Shown here: positions 1 through 11,197 of the stretch, piece by piece
Layout: each line of letters starts with the position of its first letter
Numbering within the stretch: the stretch's first letter is position 1
Source: Candidatus Omnitrophota bacterium
Lineage (GTDB): Bacteria > Omnitrophota > Gorgyraeia > Gygaellales > Profunditerraquicolaceae
Assembly: GCA_026416665.1 (NCBI GenBank)
Contig: JAOAET010000051.1
Span: 75,800 to 139,799, forward strand
Length of the DNA: 64,000 nucleotides
Reading direction: 5' to 3'
Made by a program: the position numbers and the translations under genes
The notes under the pieces: model-generated
Told to the model about the DNA's origin: nothing
The model's input: only the letters and a program-made list of their open reading frames with translations
Database searches by the model: none

Positions 1-983
1 GCTTTTACAGTCAAAGGATTAGCATTAACAATTAAGTTAAAATCACCTATTGCGCCATTAAAATTGGTTGGTTTTCCTTCCTCAGGCAAGTCAAGAATAA
101 CTAAAGGTATTGCCGTTGATTCTAGTTCCATCGGAAATAACTCATATCTACCAAAAAAGTCATCAAAGATATCATCCTTGAAAAATCCACTAAAGAAATC
201 GTCGTCAAAAACTGAAGGTATCCGTTGTCTATGCTTACGCACCACCAGATTACAAGATAACTTCGCTGGACCTAAAGTAAACTCACCTGGTTTTATAGCA
301 AAAAGATTGGTAGAGAATTCTACTACATCATAAATTATGCCTGCCAATTGCTCACGGTATTGCCGTGGCTGTCCAAAGGCTTCAATAGAAAAGGACTTTG
401 ACTCTAGAACAGGCAGATGTATATCCCGCACAGCTAAGTTGTTGACATAAAGCTTTACACTTATGGGGACTAACTCATTGATAAAAAGTTTTCTTTTAGG
501 AATTGATAGAACTATAAATATTCTATCTTTTAAATCTTCTCTAGAGATTCCCAAAGAGGCATCGCTATCTGTTTGAGGTCTATTCGGTTGCAACTGACCT
601 GTGGGGGCAGAAATTACTTCTATCTCAATTGGTTTTGATTGATAAGTCTTTTGATTAACTTTTACTGAAAAAGGACCTAAAGTAAACTTACCTGTTTTAA
701 GTGGCAGTAAAGTGAAAACATGTGTGATAGAAGAATTTACTACCCCGTTGACTATTGAAATACTGCTTGAGGGGCCTAGATAATTTACTTTAAAATCATT
801 AATTTTAGGCAAATCCGGCGGTGGCAGATTATTTGTTCCATGGAAGGTAAAGTATAATTGTACTGGTTCTCCCACAACTACCTGACTTCGCTCTACACTA
901 ACTTCAAACTGAATATCTGCTGCTGTGGTTATAGCAGCTGTTATTCCTATTATTATTAAAGTTATAATACTTATTCTTTTCAT
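1..983 (-). CDS. batD: BatD-family protein (signal peptide, Ig-like repeats), 3' end runs off the window
   Basis: Not in ORF track; read manually from ATG at 983: MKRISIITLIIIGITAAITTAADIQFEVSVERSQVVVGEPVQLYFTF...GPSSSISIVNG...LPLKTGKFTLGPF; follows batA/B/C. Confidence 0.8.
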   Translation of the reverse strand, partial: MKRISIITLIIIGITAAITTAADIQFEVSVERSQVVVGEPVQLYFTFHGTNNLPPPDLPKINDFKVNYLGPSSSISIVNGVVNSSITHVFTLLPLKTGKFTLGPFSVKVNQKTYQSKPIEIEVISAPTGQLQPNRPQTDSDASLGISREDLKDRIFIVLSIPKRKLFINELVPISVKLYVNNLAVRDIHLPVLESKSFSIEAFGQPRQYREQLAGIIYDVVEFSTNLFAIKPGEFTLGPAKLSCNLVVRKHRQRIPSVFDDDFFSGFFKDDIFDDFFGRYELFPMELESTAIPLVILDLPEEGKPTNFNGAIGDFNLIVNANPLTVK

Positions 984-1008
984 CGTAAAAATTTAAAAGG
1001 TATCTTTC

Positions 1009-2019
1009 CTACCAATCTTTAATCACTACACCATCATAGCGCAATGAATCTTTCTTGTCTATAGAATCTAAACTTTGGCTATTTCCATATCGGTCAAGTA
1101 AAGCCTGGGCCTGTTCAGTGGTCAATTCCTCTATAGAACCATTCTGCCCTTGTTGGCCCTCTTGTTCACTTCTTGATTTATTCTCTCTTTCTCTCTGTTG
1201 GTCAGTAGCTTGCTGTGGTTGGGTTATTTGATTTTGGTCTTGGTCTTCTTGGCTGCCTTGTTCTGTTTTCTCTTTTTGCTCTTCCTGCTCTTCTTGTTCA
1301 AAATTTTTCTGTTGCTCAGCTTGTTCCTTTTGGCTATCTTGATTTGTCTCTTTTTGGTCTGAATCTGAAGGTTTCTGTTGCCCTTGCTGCTGTTGTTTCT
1401 GATTATCTTTGTCAGTAGAGCTTGTTCCAGATTCATCTTGCTTCTGCTGAGAATCTTTCTTAAGAGGGCATTGTTGGTCTTGGTTTTCTTGCTTCTGTTG
1501 TTTTAATTTATCAAGTAAAATCTTAAGCCTACGTTCAACAAATTCATGATTAAATCTTGCATCTTTATTCTTTTGGTCAAGTTCAATGGCTCGCTTGTAA
1601 TAATCTAAAGCAGAGCGATAATGAGCAATAGCTGCCTCTAAATCTATCTGTTCCTTGCGCCTGCCTATCTGGTAATGGGTATTCCCTATATTATACAATG
1701 CATCTGCTTCTATTATTTTATCTTGAGTAGCTAAGGATTTTGTAAAGTGCTCCAAGGCCTTTTCATAATCACCCTTTTTATAATAACTTGTTCCCATATT
1801 AAAAGCCAATGTCTCCGATTCAGGCAAACCTAAGCTTGCCTGATGATACTGCTCAATTGCCTGGTCAAACTTTCCTTGGTGATAGAGTTGTTTTGCCTTT
1901 TTCATTGCCTCTTTGGCTACAGAGGAAGTTGCAGCAAAACAGGAATCTATATTTTGTGATAATAAGTAGATAAAGAAAATAACCGTTATATAATTTTTAA
2001 TTTTTTTTGCCCTGCTCAT
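1009..2019 (-). CDS. batC: BatC-like TPR protein with Q/E/K-rich low-complexity C-terminal linker
   Basis: Signal peptide, TPRs (ALYNIGNTHY, DARFNHEF), Q-rich tail ending in KDW; position after vWA genes. Confidence 0.8.
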   Translation of the reverse strand: MSRAKKIKNYITVIFFIYLLSQNIDSCFAATSSVAKEAMKKAKQLYHQGKFDQAIEQYHQASLGLPESETLAFNMGTSYYKKGDYEKALEHFTKSLATQDKIIEADALYNIGNTHYQIGRRKEQIDLEAAIAHYRSALDYYKRAIELDQKNKDARFNHEFVERRLKILLDKLKQQKQENQDQQCPLKKDSQQKQDESGTSSTDKDNQKQQQQGQQKPSDSDQKETNQDSQKEQAEQQKNFEQEEQEEQKEKTEQGSQEDQDQNQITQPQQATDQQRERENKSRSEQEGQQGQNGSIEELTTEQAQALLDRYGNSQSLDSIDKKDSLRYDGVVIKDW

Positions 2020-3017
2020 ACTTTTCTTCTACTGGTTACTAACCATTCTAAAGCTAACAAAATCCAAGCACAAAGTAAGGGAATTTGAAAACGTTCTTCG
2101 TATTGTTTGGCCATTTTTGTCTCTAACTGTCTTTTCTCAAGTTGAAAGATACGCTGACTATACAATAAATCCAGTCCAAATTCTTTTGACTGGGCACGCA
2201 CATAGCTACCGCCGGTCAATAAAGCAATCTTCTGTAAAGTCTCTTCATCAAGTCGTGTCTTTACTACCGCACCTGTTCTGTCTTTTAAAAACACTTGATT
2301 ACCTTTTTCATCAACTAAAGGAATTAGCTCACCTTCTGGTGTGCCAATTCCAATACAAAAAATCTTAATTCCTTCTTTTTTTGCTAATTCAGCTGCTTTC
2401 ATTGTATCACCTTCGTGTGCTTCGCCATCAGTAATCAAAATAAGTACCTTGTACTTTTTTACTCCACTTTGAAAACTTTCAATAGCCCGATAAATAGCTG
2501 AAGCAAGACTAGTTCCGCCACGAGGGATGGTATTTACATTGAGGTCTCTTACTGATAGCAAAAAACCATTATAATCAACAGTTAGTGGACACTGCACAAA
2601 AGCAGTACCACTAAAGGCAATTAGACCTATTCTATCACCAGATAATTGCTTGACAAAATCTTCTAAGGCAAGTTTTGTGCGCTCTAGCCGGCTTGGCTTA
2701 ATATCTTCCGCTAACATGCTCTTTGACACATCTACTGCTACCATAATGTCTAACCCTTTGCGCTTGACCTCTTGCCAACGAAAACCCCACTGCGGTCGCA
2801 TAAGTGCAACTACTAAAAAAACAAGACTACTTACTAAAATTATCTGTTTTACATAAAGTAACTTTGGATTGAACGTTTTAGTCAATATTGATATTAATTG
2901 CTTATCTGCAAACTTCTCCAATGCCTTTTTCCGTCTTTGGTTAGCCCATAGATAAAATAAAACCAGACCTAAAATAAGCCATATTAAATTTACGTATCCA
3001 AAAGCTGCCCAGCGCAT
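2016..3017 (-). CDS. batB: BatB-like vWA domain membrane protein
   Basis: MIDAS DVSKSM, ITDGE, RPQWG, N- and C-terminal TM segments. Confidence 0.88.
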   Translation of the reverse strand: MRWAAFGYVNLIWLILGLVLFYLWANQRRKKALEKFADKQLISILTKTFNPKLLYVKQIILVSSLVFLVVALMRPQWGFRWQEVKRKGLDIMVAVDVSKSMLAEDIKPSRLERTKLALEDFVKQLSGDRIGLIAFSGTAFVQCPLTVDYNGFLLSVRDLNVNTIPRGGTSLASAIYRAIESFQSGVKKYKVLILITDGEAHEGDTMKAAELAKKEGIKIFCIGIGTPEGELIPLVDEKGNQVFLKDRTGAVVKTRLDEETLQKIALLTGGSYVRAQSKEFGLDLLYSQRIFQLEKRQLETKMAKQYEERFQIPLLCAWILLALEWLVTSRRKV

Positions 3018-3019
3018 CC

Positions 3020-4015
3020 TTAAGGTAACCTCCTTAAAAAGGTATTCGCCAGTCCTATTTCTGATAAAAGAAAAACCATACTAACTAAAACAAACCCAGA
3101 GAACTTCTCTTCATAATCAACAAAACCTCTTTCCTCAAAACGGCTCTTTTCCATACGGTCAATAGCTGAATAAATCTCTTTTAGTGAGTGTGTGTCTGTA
3201 GCACGGAAATATAAACCGCCGGTTTTAGAAGCAATCTCCTTCAAAGTATCCTCATCAACATCTATCTTCATTGGTTGGTAAATAGTATTGCCAAAAAAAT
3301 CCTTAACTGGATACGGTGCAAGTCCTTTTGTGCCTGCCCCTATGGTATATACTTTCACCTTTAAAGCCTTGGCTGCCTCTGCAGCAAGACGTGGAGAGAT
3401 ATTTCCCGCATTGTTCATTCCGTCTGTCAAAAGGATAACTACTTTGCTTTTTGCCTGCGAATTTTCCAAACGTTTTAAAGAAACCATAATTCCTGAGCCA
3501 ATAGCTGTTCCATCTTCAATCATTCCTATACTTAACCTCTTAAGATTCTCAAGTAACCAAGCATGGTCTAATGTCAAAGGACTAACTGTATAGGCACGCC
3601 CAGCAAAAGCTACAATGCCCATCCGGTCATATCTTCTTCCTAAAATAAACTCTTCAACTACGTTTTTTACTACCTCTAAACGATTTGCCCTTTTACCATT
3701 TAGAGTAAAATCCTCTGCTAACATACTACCGGAGACATCTATTGCTAAAATAATATCTACTCCTTCAGATTCAATACGGCTGTGTTGAATTGGTAGGCGG
3801 AATCTACATAAAGCAAGTGCTAGTAAAATAAGACTAACTAACCTAAAGACCCAGAGGAATCTTAAAAAAATAATTTTTGGTGTCGCCTTAAGTGGCTTAA
3901 ATATTTTTAGCGAGGAAAACCTTATACTGCCGTTATAAAAGAAGCGATTTCCCACATAGATTATTAAGATAGCCAAAGGGATAAGTAAAAGAAAAATTTT
4001 GTCTTGAATAATCAT
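3020..4015 (-). CDS. batA: BatA-like vWA domain membrane protein
   Basis: DVSGSM, GTAIG, LLTDG motifs; TM helices. Confidence 0.88.
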   Translation of the reverse strand: MIIQDKIFLLLIPLAILIIYVGNRFFYNGSIRFSSLKIFKPLKATPKIIFLRFLWVFRLVSLILLALALCRFRLPIQHSRIESEGVDIILAIDVSGSMLAEDFTLNGKRANRLEVVKNVVEEFILGRRYDRMGIVAFAGRAYTVSPLTLDHAWLLENLKRLSIGMIEDGTAIGSGIMVSLKRLENSQAKSKVVILLTDGMNNAGNISPRLAAEAAKALKVKVYTIGAGTKGLAPYPVKDFFGNTIYQPMKIDVDEDTLKEIASKTGGLYFRATDTHSLKEIYSAIDRMEKSRFEERGFVDYEEKFSGFVLVSMVFLLSEIGLANTFLRRLP

Positions 4016-4971
4016 TTTTGTTCAATATTCTTTGCACCTGTTTCTTCAATAAGCATACGCGCAGAATCTAAAGAGCTATTTATTTCTTCTTTATCTGGTT
4101 GGTATTTGGCAAATTTTACTAAATCGCAATGTCCTAAAAAATTACCAAGGAGCTGTTTATGTTTATCTTCTAAACTTGTCTGATCACTGTTTAGCTTGTG
4201 TAGAAACTCCTCCGTAGTCATCTCAGGTGCCCGTATCCCAAAACGATTCTCAAGATATCTGCGGACTATATCAGAAAGTTCGAAATAAAAAAGCTTGTAA
4301 AGCCCTTTCTCAACATACTGCTTATTCTGTAATTCTTCTAAAGCCCTTAAGGCAATTACATCCGCAGGAATAACCGGAGGTTTCTTCTGTTTTTTCTTTC
4401 CCTTTAAAAAATATAGCAGAAAACATACAGCTAAAATAAGTAAAACCACACCCAATATTAGTATCGGCGATTTTTCTGTTATATCCTTCGGACCACGAAT
4501 ATCACGCAACGTCTCTTTTTGTAACGAATTTTCTAAGACACTTTTTACAGTAATAGTTACGTTGTTTGCTTTCAAAGTCTGCCAATCAGATTGCGCCTCT
4601 CTACGGAAACGGATACTTGGGGAATTGATTGTAAGGTTGCCACTTACGTAAGTATCCAAAATATACCATTGCCTCCAATAACTTCTACCTAAAAAAGTCT
4701 TCTTATTAAGGCCAAAATCTTTTATCGCTGATACTCCCAATGCTTCGGCAGTTAGATACTCTATTTCTACCTGCATATCTTTAGGCCCTTCTACTTGAAC
4801 TTCGTATCTAAAATTGTCTCCGATGTTTAAAACATTTTTATTTACTATGGCTTTGACAATAATCTGATTTTGTTTTGCCTTGTTTTTCCAAAGAAAATAG
4901 ATAAAGACAGTCCCACCGACTAGCATTAAAATAAAAAAAACTAAAAATAATCTTTTTTTTCCGATATACAT
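4012..4971 (-). CDS. Bat-operon membrane protein (BatD-like Ig domain, DUF4381-like C-terminal part)
   Basis: TM-Ig-TM then EMTTEEF and DLVKFAK motifs typical of the gene upstream of batA. Confidence 0.7.
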   Translation of the reverse strand: MYIGKKRLFLVFFILMLVGGTVFIYFLWKNKAKQNQIIVKAIVNKNVLNIGDNFRYEVQVEGPKDMQVEIEYLTAEALGVSAIKDFGLNKKTFLGRSYWRQWYILDTYVSGNLTINSPSIRFRREAQSDWQTLKANNVTITVKSVLENSLQKETLRDIRGPKDITEKSPILILGVVLLILAVCFLLYFLKGKKKQKKPPVIPADVIALRALEELQNKQYVEKGLYKLFYFELSDIVRRYLENRFGIRAPEMTTEEFLHKLNSDQTSLEDKHKQLLGNFLGHCDLVKFAKYQPDKEEINSSLDSARMLIEETGAKNIEQK

Positions 4972-4981
4972 CTTTTTTACT

Positions 4982-6148
4982 TTAGAAAAATTCTACATCT
5001 TCTTCTTTTACTGTCTGGCGAAAAATTTCTTGTATAATCTCTTGCTGTTTCATATGCCGATAGTCTGCTTCTACCTGTGGCTTAATTTCTTCAAAAGTTG
5101 GCTGTAGACGATCTTTCTTATCTACAATTAGAAAAAGATAAAATTTATCTTTTATCTTAACCGCATCACTAAGCCAATCTTTATCATGTTGAAAAAACGA
5201 ATTTATTACTTGTTGTGCCTGACCAATATCAGGAATCTGCTGTTCATTCTCGTAAACAGTTACTTCTTTTGCCTGTGGCTCTTTTTCTTTTAACTTTTTT
5301 GCTATCTCTTCTTTTTTATCCAAATTATCAAAATCAAGATAACGAATTTTCACCTGCGCAGGTTGACTGTATCGGTCTTTATTTGCCTGATAATATAACT
5401 TAATGTCTGTTTCACTTAAATTAGACATTTTCTCTTTAATCCTGTCAGATAGAAAACGTTCTACTATCATTTGTTTTTTTATATGCTCAAAAGTTTTACG
5501 CAATTGCCAGTCGGTATCTAAACCTAACCTGATTGCCTTCTGGAAAATAATCTCTTGGGCAACATAATCTTTGATAAACTCTTTTCTCTTTTGTGGGTCA
5601 TCATATTCTTTCCGAGCCCATTCTGGAATAAATGAGAGAGCTTCTTCTATCTGGTCTCTGGTAATAAACTTTTTGTTTATGCGTGCAACAATATCTTTTT
5701 CTTCCTTAGGTTTTGCCCCTACTGCTGTGCGTGCCTCTAACTCATATTTAGCCTGAGAACTTAAACCAATATTTTCTAATGCTGTCACAATTTTTTGCCC
5801 CATCTCATTAGCAAATTGTGCATTGGGAAGCAATAACTCTGCCTTGTAAAAACAACGCAGAGCTTCTTCATACTGTTGATTCTCTAAATAGATATTTCCC
5901 AGCTTATACAGAATCTGTGCCTGTTGTTCTTTGGTAAGCGTTGCTTTATCCAGGTATTCTTGAAATGCCTCTGCTGCCTGTTTCTTTAGTCCCTTGGTTA
6001 AAAGTCTATTTGCAAACTCCAACTGAATACTTAAATCTTCAATGGAAGAAGTTTTTATGGCGGCTTTCAGTTGATACAACTGTATAGATACTAAGGCTAA
6101 AATAGCTATTAAAAATATTAAAACAATTACATTTAAAAACTTCTGCAT
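4982..6148 (-). CDS. Membrane-anchored TPR + SurA-N/PpiC (parvulin-like) foldase
   Basis: N-terminal TM, TPR (LYKLGNIYL..YEEA), PrsA/SurA-like IVARIN..IT, IKLYYQANKDRY..P, LSDAVK, PTFEEIKPQV. Confidence 0.7.
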   Translation of the reverse strand: MQKFLNVIVLIFLIAILALVSIQLYQLKAAIKTSSIEDLSIQLEFANRLLTKGLKKQAAEAFQEYLDKATLTKEQQAQILYKLGNIYLENQQYEEALRCFYKAELLLPNAQFANEMGQKIVTALENIGLSSQAKYELEARTAVGAKPKEEKDIVARINKKFITRDQIEEALSFIPEWARKEYDDPQKRKEFIKDYVAQEIIFQKAIRLGLDTDWQLRKTFEHIKKQMIVERFLSDRIKEKMSNLSETDIKLYYQANKDRYSQPAQVKIRYLDFDNLDKKEEIAKKLKEKEPQAKEVTVYENEQQIPDIGQAQQVINSFFQHDKDWLSDAVKIKDKFYLFLIVDKKDRLQPTFEEIKPQVEADYRHMKQQEIIQEIFRQTVKEEDVEFF

Positions 6149-7030
6149 CTAACGCAACCTCCTTTCCCGCATTCGGAAAAATTGGAAGAGCATTCGGTTA
6201 TATGGTAAATCAGAACGCAGATTAATGCTATCTATACCAATGCGTTCGAAGGTCTTCTTAAGCCCTTCTTGAACTAATCGTGCCTGTTCTGCAAATTCGC
6301 TACGGATTTGCCTACTTGAGGTATCTATACAAGCAGTCACATCAGTTTCCGCATCTTCAAATTGCACTATCCCTATGTCAGGAATACTAATTTCTCTGGG
6401 GTCAGTAAGGGTAATTGCCACCACATCATGACGCTTATTAGCCACAGCTAATTGTTTCTCAAAATCTCTTTCGCTTAAAAAATCCGAAATGACGAAAACT
6501 ACGCTTTTACGTTTACAAACCTTTCCAAGATATTCTAAAGCCATTGCGATATCTGTTTTTTTACTCTGACCAGTTAAATAAAGTGCATCACGGATAATCC
6601 TCAAGATGTGTCGTAAACCTTTCTTCGGCGGAATAAATTCCTCTACCCTATCAGAAAAAGCAAGGAAACCTACTTTGTCATTATTTCTTATAGCTGCTAA
6701 AGCTAATAAGGCACATATATGTGCAGCTAAAGTGCGCTTTAATTTCTGGCTGGTACCAAAGTAAATTGAGCCAGATATATCCATGACCAATAAGACAGTC
6801 AGTTCTCTTTCCTCAACAAACTTTTTGACATAAGGATGCCCCAATCTTGCTGTTACATTCCAATCAATAGTGCGCACCTCGTCCCCTGGTTGATAAGGAC
6901 GCACTTCTTCAAATTCTATTCCTCGCCCCTTAAAGACACTTTGATATTGCCCACAGAACACGTCATTAACCATTCGGGAAGTAGTAATTTCAATACGACG
7001 AATCTGTTGTAAAACTTCTTTAGGAATCAT
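6149..7030 (-). CDS. DUF58 family protein
   Basis: GIEFEEVRPYQPGDEVRTIDWNVTAR, DISGS, ISDF motifs; adjacent to moxR. Confidence 0.92.
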   Translation of the reverse strand: MIPKEVLQQIRRIEITTSRMVNDVFCGQYQSVFKGRGIEFEEVRPYQPGDEVRTIDWNVTARLGHPYVKKFVEERELTVLLVMDISGSIYFGTSQKLKRTLAAHICALLALAAIRNNDKVGFLAFSDRVEEFIPPKKGLRHILRIIRDALYLTGQSKKTDIAMALEYLGKVCKRKSVVFVISDFLSERDFEKQLAVANKRHDVVAITLTDPREISIPDIGIVQFEDAETDVTACIDTSSRQIRSEFAEQARLVQEGLKKTFERIGIDSINLRSDLPYNRMLFQFFRMRERRLR

Positions 7031-7040
7031 AGATATTTTG

Positions 7041-8036
7041 TTAAGGAACTTCTATTTCTTCAAATACGCGTTTTATTATATCTTCAGATGTCTTATTTTC
7101 TGCCTCTGCCTCAAAACTTACAATTATCCTATGGCGCAATACATCAGGACCCACGGACTTAACATCTTGAGGTGTAACATAGCCTCTCTGCTGAAGAAAT
7201 GCATAGGCTTTACTGGCAACCGTTAGATAAATGGTAGCGCGAGGTGATGCTCCGTATTGAATAAGGTCTACTAAATCTTTTAAATTGTAATCACTGGGTT
7301 TACGAGTAGCAAAAACAATATCCAGAATATATTTTTCAATTTTTTCATCCATATAAATTTCATTCACTACTTGCCTTGCTCGTTTAATATCCTTGGGACC
7401 AATTACTGCTGCAACTTCAATTTTTTTGTCAGTTACAGCATATTCCTTTAGAATTTTCTGTTCTTCTTCCCGAGAAGGATAGGTTAGGTTTATCTTAAGC
7501 ATAAAGCGGTCAACTTGTGCCTCTGGTAATGGATAGGTCCCTTCTTGTTCAATAGGGTTTTGGGTAGCCATAACCAAAAAAGGCTCTTCCAGCTTAAAGG
7601 TCTGCTCACCAATAGTAACTTGGCGTTCCTGCATTGCCTCTAATAAAGCACTCTGCACCTTTGCTGGCGCACGGTTAATTTCATCAGCTAAGATAATATT
7701 GGCAAAGATAGGACCCTTTTTTGTAGTAAAGGTGCCGTCTTTGGGATTGTAGATTAGTGTTCCAATAAGGTCAGCAGGAAGTAAATCCGGGGTAAATTGA
7801 ATCCTTTGGAATTTTGCCTGAATTGCTTCAGCTAAAGTTTTTACAGAAAGTGTCTTGGCAAGACCAGGGACACCTTCTACCAGAACATGCCCATTTGCTA
7901 AAAGTCCTATCAAAAGTCTATCAATAAGATAACGTTGTCCGATAATAACTTTTTCTATCTGCTGTCTTAAAACACTAATAAAAGCACTTTCTTGCTTGAC
8001 TTTCTCATTAATCGCTGTTAGACCCGTATAACTCAT
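7041..8036 (-). CDS. moxR: MoxR-family AAA+ ATPase
   Basis: GVPGLAKT Walker A, RIQFTPDLLPAD, DEINRA, ATQNPIEQEGTYPLPEAQVDRF. Confidence 0.95.
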   Translation of the reverse strand: MSYTGLTAINEKVKQESAFISVLRQQIEKVIIGQRYLIDRLLIGLLANGHVLVEGVPGLAKTLSVKTLAEAIQAKFQRIQFTPDLLPADLIGTLIYNPKDGTFTTKKGPIFANIILADEINRAPAKVQSALLEAMQERQVTIGEQTFKLEEPFLVMATQNPIEQEGTYPLPEAQVDRFMLKINLTYPSREEEQKILKEYAVTDKKIEVAAVIGPKDIKRARQVVNEIYMDEKIEKYILDIVFATRKPSDYNLKDLVDLIQYGASPRATIYLTVASKAYAFLQQRGYVTPQDVKSVGPDVLRHRIIVSFEAEAENKTSEDIIKRVFEEIEVP

Positions 8037-8245
8037 AGACTCCTCCTATTTGTTTCTTGTTTTGTTCCTAATGACTCATTGCAGTTTACACAACGATAAT
8101 CATAAAGTTCACCATCAGGTAGAACTAACAACAATATCTCCCGAACTGGCATTGACCTTTTACAGTTTGGACAATACAGGTAAGTAGCGCTCATGCGCTC
8201 AAATTGTCTTTGTTGATTGTCATTTTCTTCTGGAATAAACCACAT
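8033..8245 (-). CDS. Small zinc-ribbon protein (CPNC...CVNC)
   Basis: Two CxxC pairs; ATGA overlap with moxR start. Confidence 0.75.
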   Translation of the reverse strand: MWFIPEENDNQQRQFERMSATYLYCPNCKRSMPVREILLLVLPDGELYDYRCVNCNESLGTKQETNRRSL

Positions 8246-8265
8246 GAGATTATGGTAAGGAATAT

Positions 8266-8457
8266 TTATGAGGCCAAATTTGTTCTGTCCATTTCATAAA
8301 GTGCATTACCACACCAACGGCATTTTTTTTCATCCTCACGGTAACCATCTACCATAAGACACTTACGACAACGGTAATTACCACCTGATGATTTAAATGC
8401 TCCGTACTCTTTCTGCAGTGCTAGGATATCAACATTTTTTAGAACATTCTCATGCAT
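8266..8457 (-). CDS. Small zinc-ribbon protein (CRKC...CRWC)
   Basis: Two CxxC pairs; SD GGAGGTG upstream of ATG. Confidence 0.7.
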   Translation of the reverse strand: MHENVLKNVDILALQKEYGAFKSSGGNYRCRKCLMVDGYREDEKKCRWCGNALYEMDRTNLAS

Positions 8458-8490
8458 ATACCTGACACCTCCAGAAAGTAAAAGGCAGAT

Positions 8491-8528
8491 AAAAGGGTTG
8501 CCCCTGTTTAAACAGAGGCAACCCTTTT
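8491..8528 (-). terminator. Intrinsic (potentially bidirectional) terminator downstream of groEL
   Basis: Near-perfect inverted repeat aaaagggttgcccctgttt/aaacagaggcaaccctttt with A/T flanks. Confidence 0.8.
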
Positions 8529-8546
8529 CTTTATTGTGTTATAGGA

Positions 8547-10172
<1,626 letters not shown>

Positions 10173-10192
10173 TCACCTCTCCTTTCTTTAAA

Positions 10193-10483
10193 TTAATCAT
10201 TAATAATTGCTAAAACATCTTCTTCCCTGATAATAAGGTGCTCTTCACCATCAATCTTTATCTCTGTTCCTGCATATTTTCCATAGAGAATGCGATCCCC
10301 TGGTTTGACCTCTAAAGGCTGAATCTTACCATCTTCAAGCACCTTACCTTTACCTACAGCAATAACTTTCCCCTCTTGGGGTTTTTCCTTTGCTGTATCA
10401 GGTAAAATAATACCACCTTTGGTTCTTTCTTCTGCCTCCAAAGGTTTTACCAGGATCCTGTCTGCCAACGGTGTAATCTTCAT
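10193..10483 (-). CDS. groES: Co-chaperonin GroES
   Basis: [21 protein letters not shown]; start moved to ATG 10483 with SD AAGGAG. Confidence 0.96.
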   Translation of the reverse strand: MKITPLADRILVKPLEAEERTKGGIILPDTAKEKPQEGKVIAVGKGKVLEDGKIQPLEVKPGDRILYGKYAGTEIKIDGEEHLIIREEDVLAIIND

Positions 10484-10525
10484 ACCATCCTGCTCCTTTC
10501 TGTTAATAGGTTGTTGAACTTTACT

Positions 10526-10569
10526 ATTATAACCTAATCTTTTTTGTGGTAAAATTGTTTTTTTACCAC
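10526..10569 (-). promoter_or_regulatory. Possible internal groES promoter (TATAAT) with inverted repeat over the -35 region
   Basis: -10 at 10526-10531; IR gtggtaaaa (10546-10554) / ttttaccac (10561-10569). Confidence 0.35.
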
Positions 10570-10648
10570 CAGAGATTTTTTTAGACAAAATTTTTTATTG
10601 CTTTCACCTCCTTCCAGATTAAACCATTTATCTTACTTAAATTTATTC

Positions 10649-11125
10649 TCAATTAATCTTGATTGTTTTAGTTGAAGGATAAGAACTCTTTTGTTTAGGG
10701 AGGTTTAACTCTAAAACCCCATTTTTATATGTGGCTTTTGCTTTTTTAACATCAACTTCCGAAGGAAGAGTTACTGTCCGTATAAAACTTCCATAAAATC
10801 TTTCTTGTCTAAGACAAGATTTTTCTTTAGCGCTTTTTGAATATTTCTTTTCTCCTTCAATAGTCAAAACTCTTCCTTCAAGTTTTAATTTTATATCTTT
10901 CTTATCCAAACCTGGCAAATCTGCTTTTACTACAATGTTATCTTTTGATTCGTGAATATCTAACTCTGGGGTCCAGAAAGCAAACTCCTTCTTAGAGCTA
11001 CGTTTCTCTAAATATTTTTCAAAGGTAGAATCAAATAATGTATTTAAATTCTTTTGGAGTTTTTCTATTTCACTAAAAGGATCCCATATTTTTGGTGAAT
11101 GGGGTTGCCATGGAATTAACTGCAT
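10649..11125 (-). CDS. Hsp20/alpha-crystallin small heat-shock protein (third copy)
   Basis: WDPF, ADLPG, ERFYGSF.R, ATYKNGVL; start moved to ATG 11125 behind AAGGAGGT. Confidence 0.92.
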   Translation of the reverse strand: MQLIPWQPHSPKIWDPFSEIEKLQKNLNTLFDSTFEKYLEKRSSKKEFAFWTPELDIHESKDNIVVKADLPGLDKKDIKLKLEGRVLTIEGEKKYSKSAKEKSCLRQERFYGSFIRTVTLPSEVDVKKAKATYKNGVLELNLPKQKSSYPSTKTIKIN

Positions 11126-11140
11126 GGAACACCTCCTTGA

Positions 11141-11170
11141 CTGTAGCGGCACACAATTGTGCCGCTACAG
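11141..11170. repeat. Perfect 13-bp GC-rich hairpin between hsp20 genes
   Basis: ctgtagcggcaca-caat-tgtgccgctacag; no U-tail on the coding strand; abuts the SD of the downstream hsp20. Confidence 0.75.
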
Positions 11171-11197
11171 CATAAAGAAAATATCCGAAGTTCTCTA

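Noticed and set aside
1080-1500. Q/E/K-rich low-complexity stretch as a tandem repeat or array
   Set aside because: No fixed repeat unit; normal BatC disordered linker
10484-10588. 35-aa N-terminal extension of GroES
   Set aside because: Homology starts at MKITPL with a good SD; the upstream TTG is poorly spaced from any SD
10604-10615. tcacctccttcc as a 16S rRNA 3' end fragment
   Set aside because: No flanking rRNA sequence; it is the complement of an SD motif
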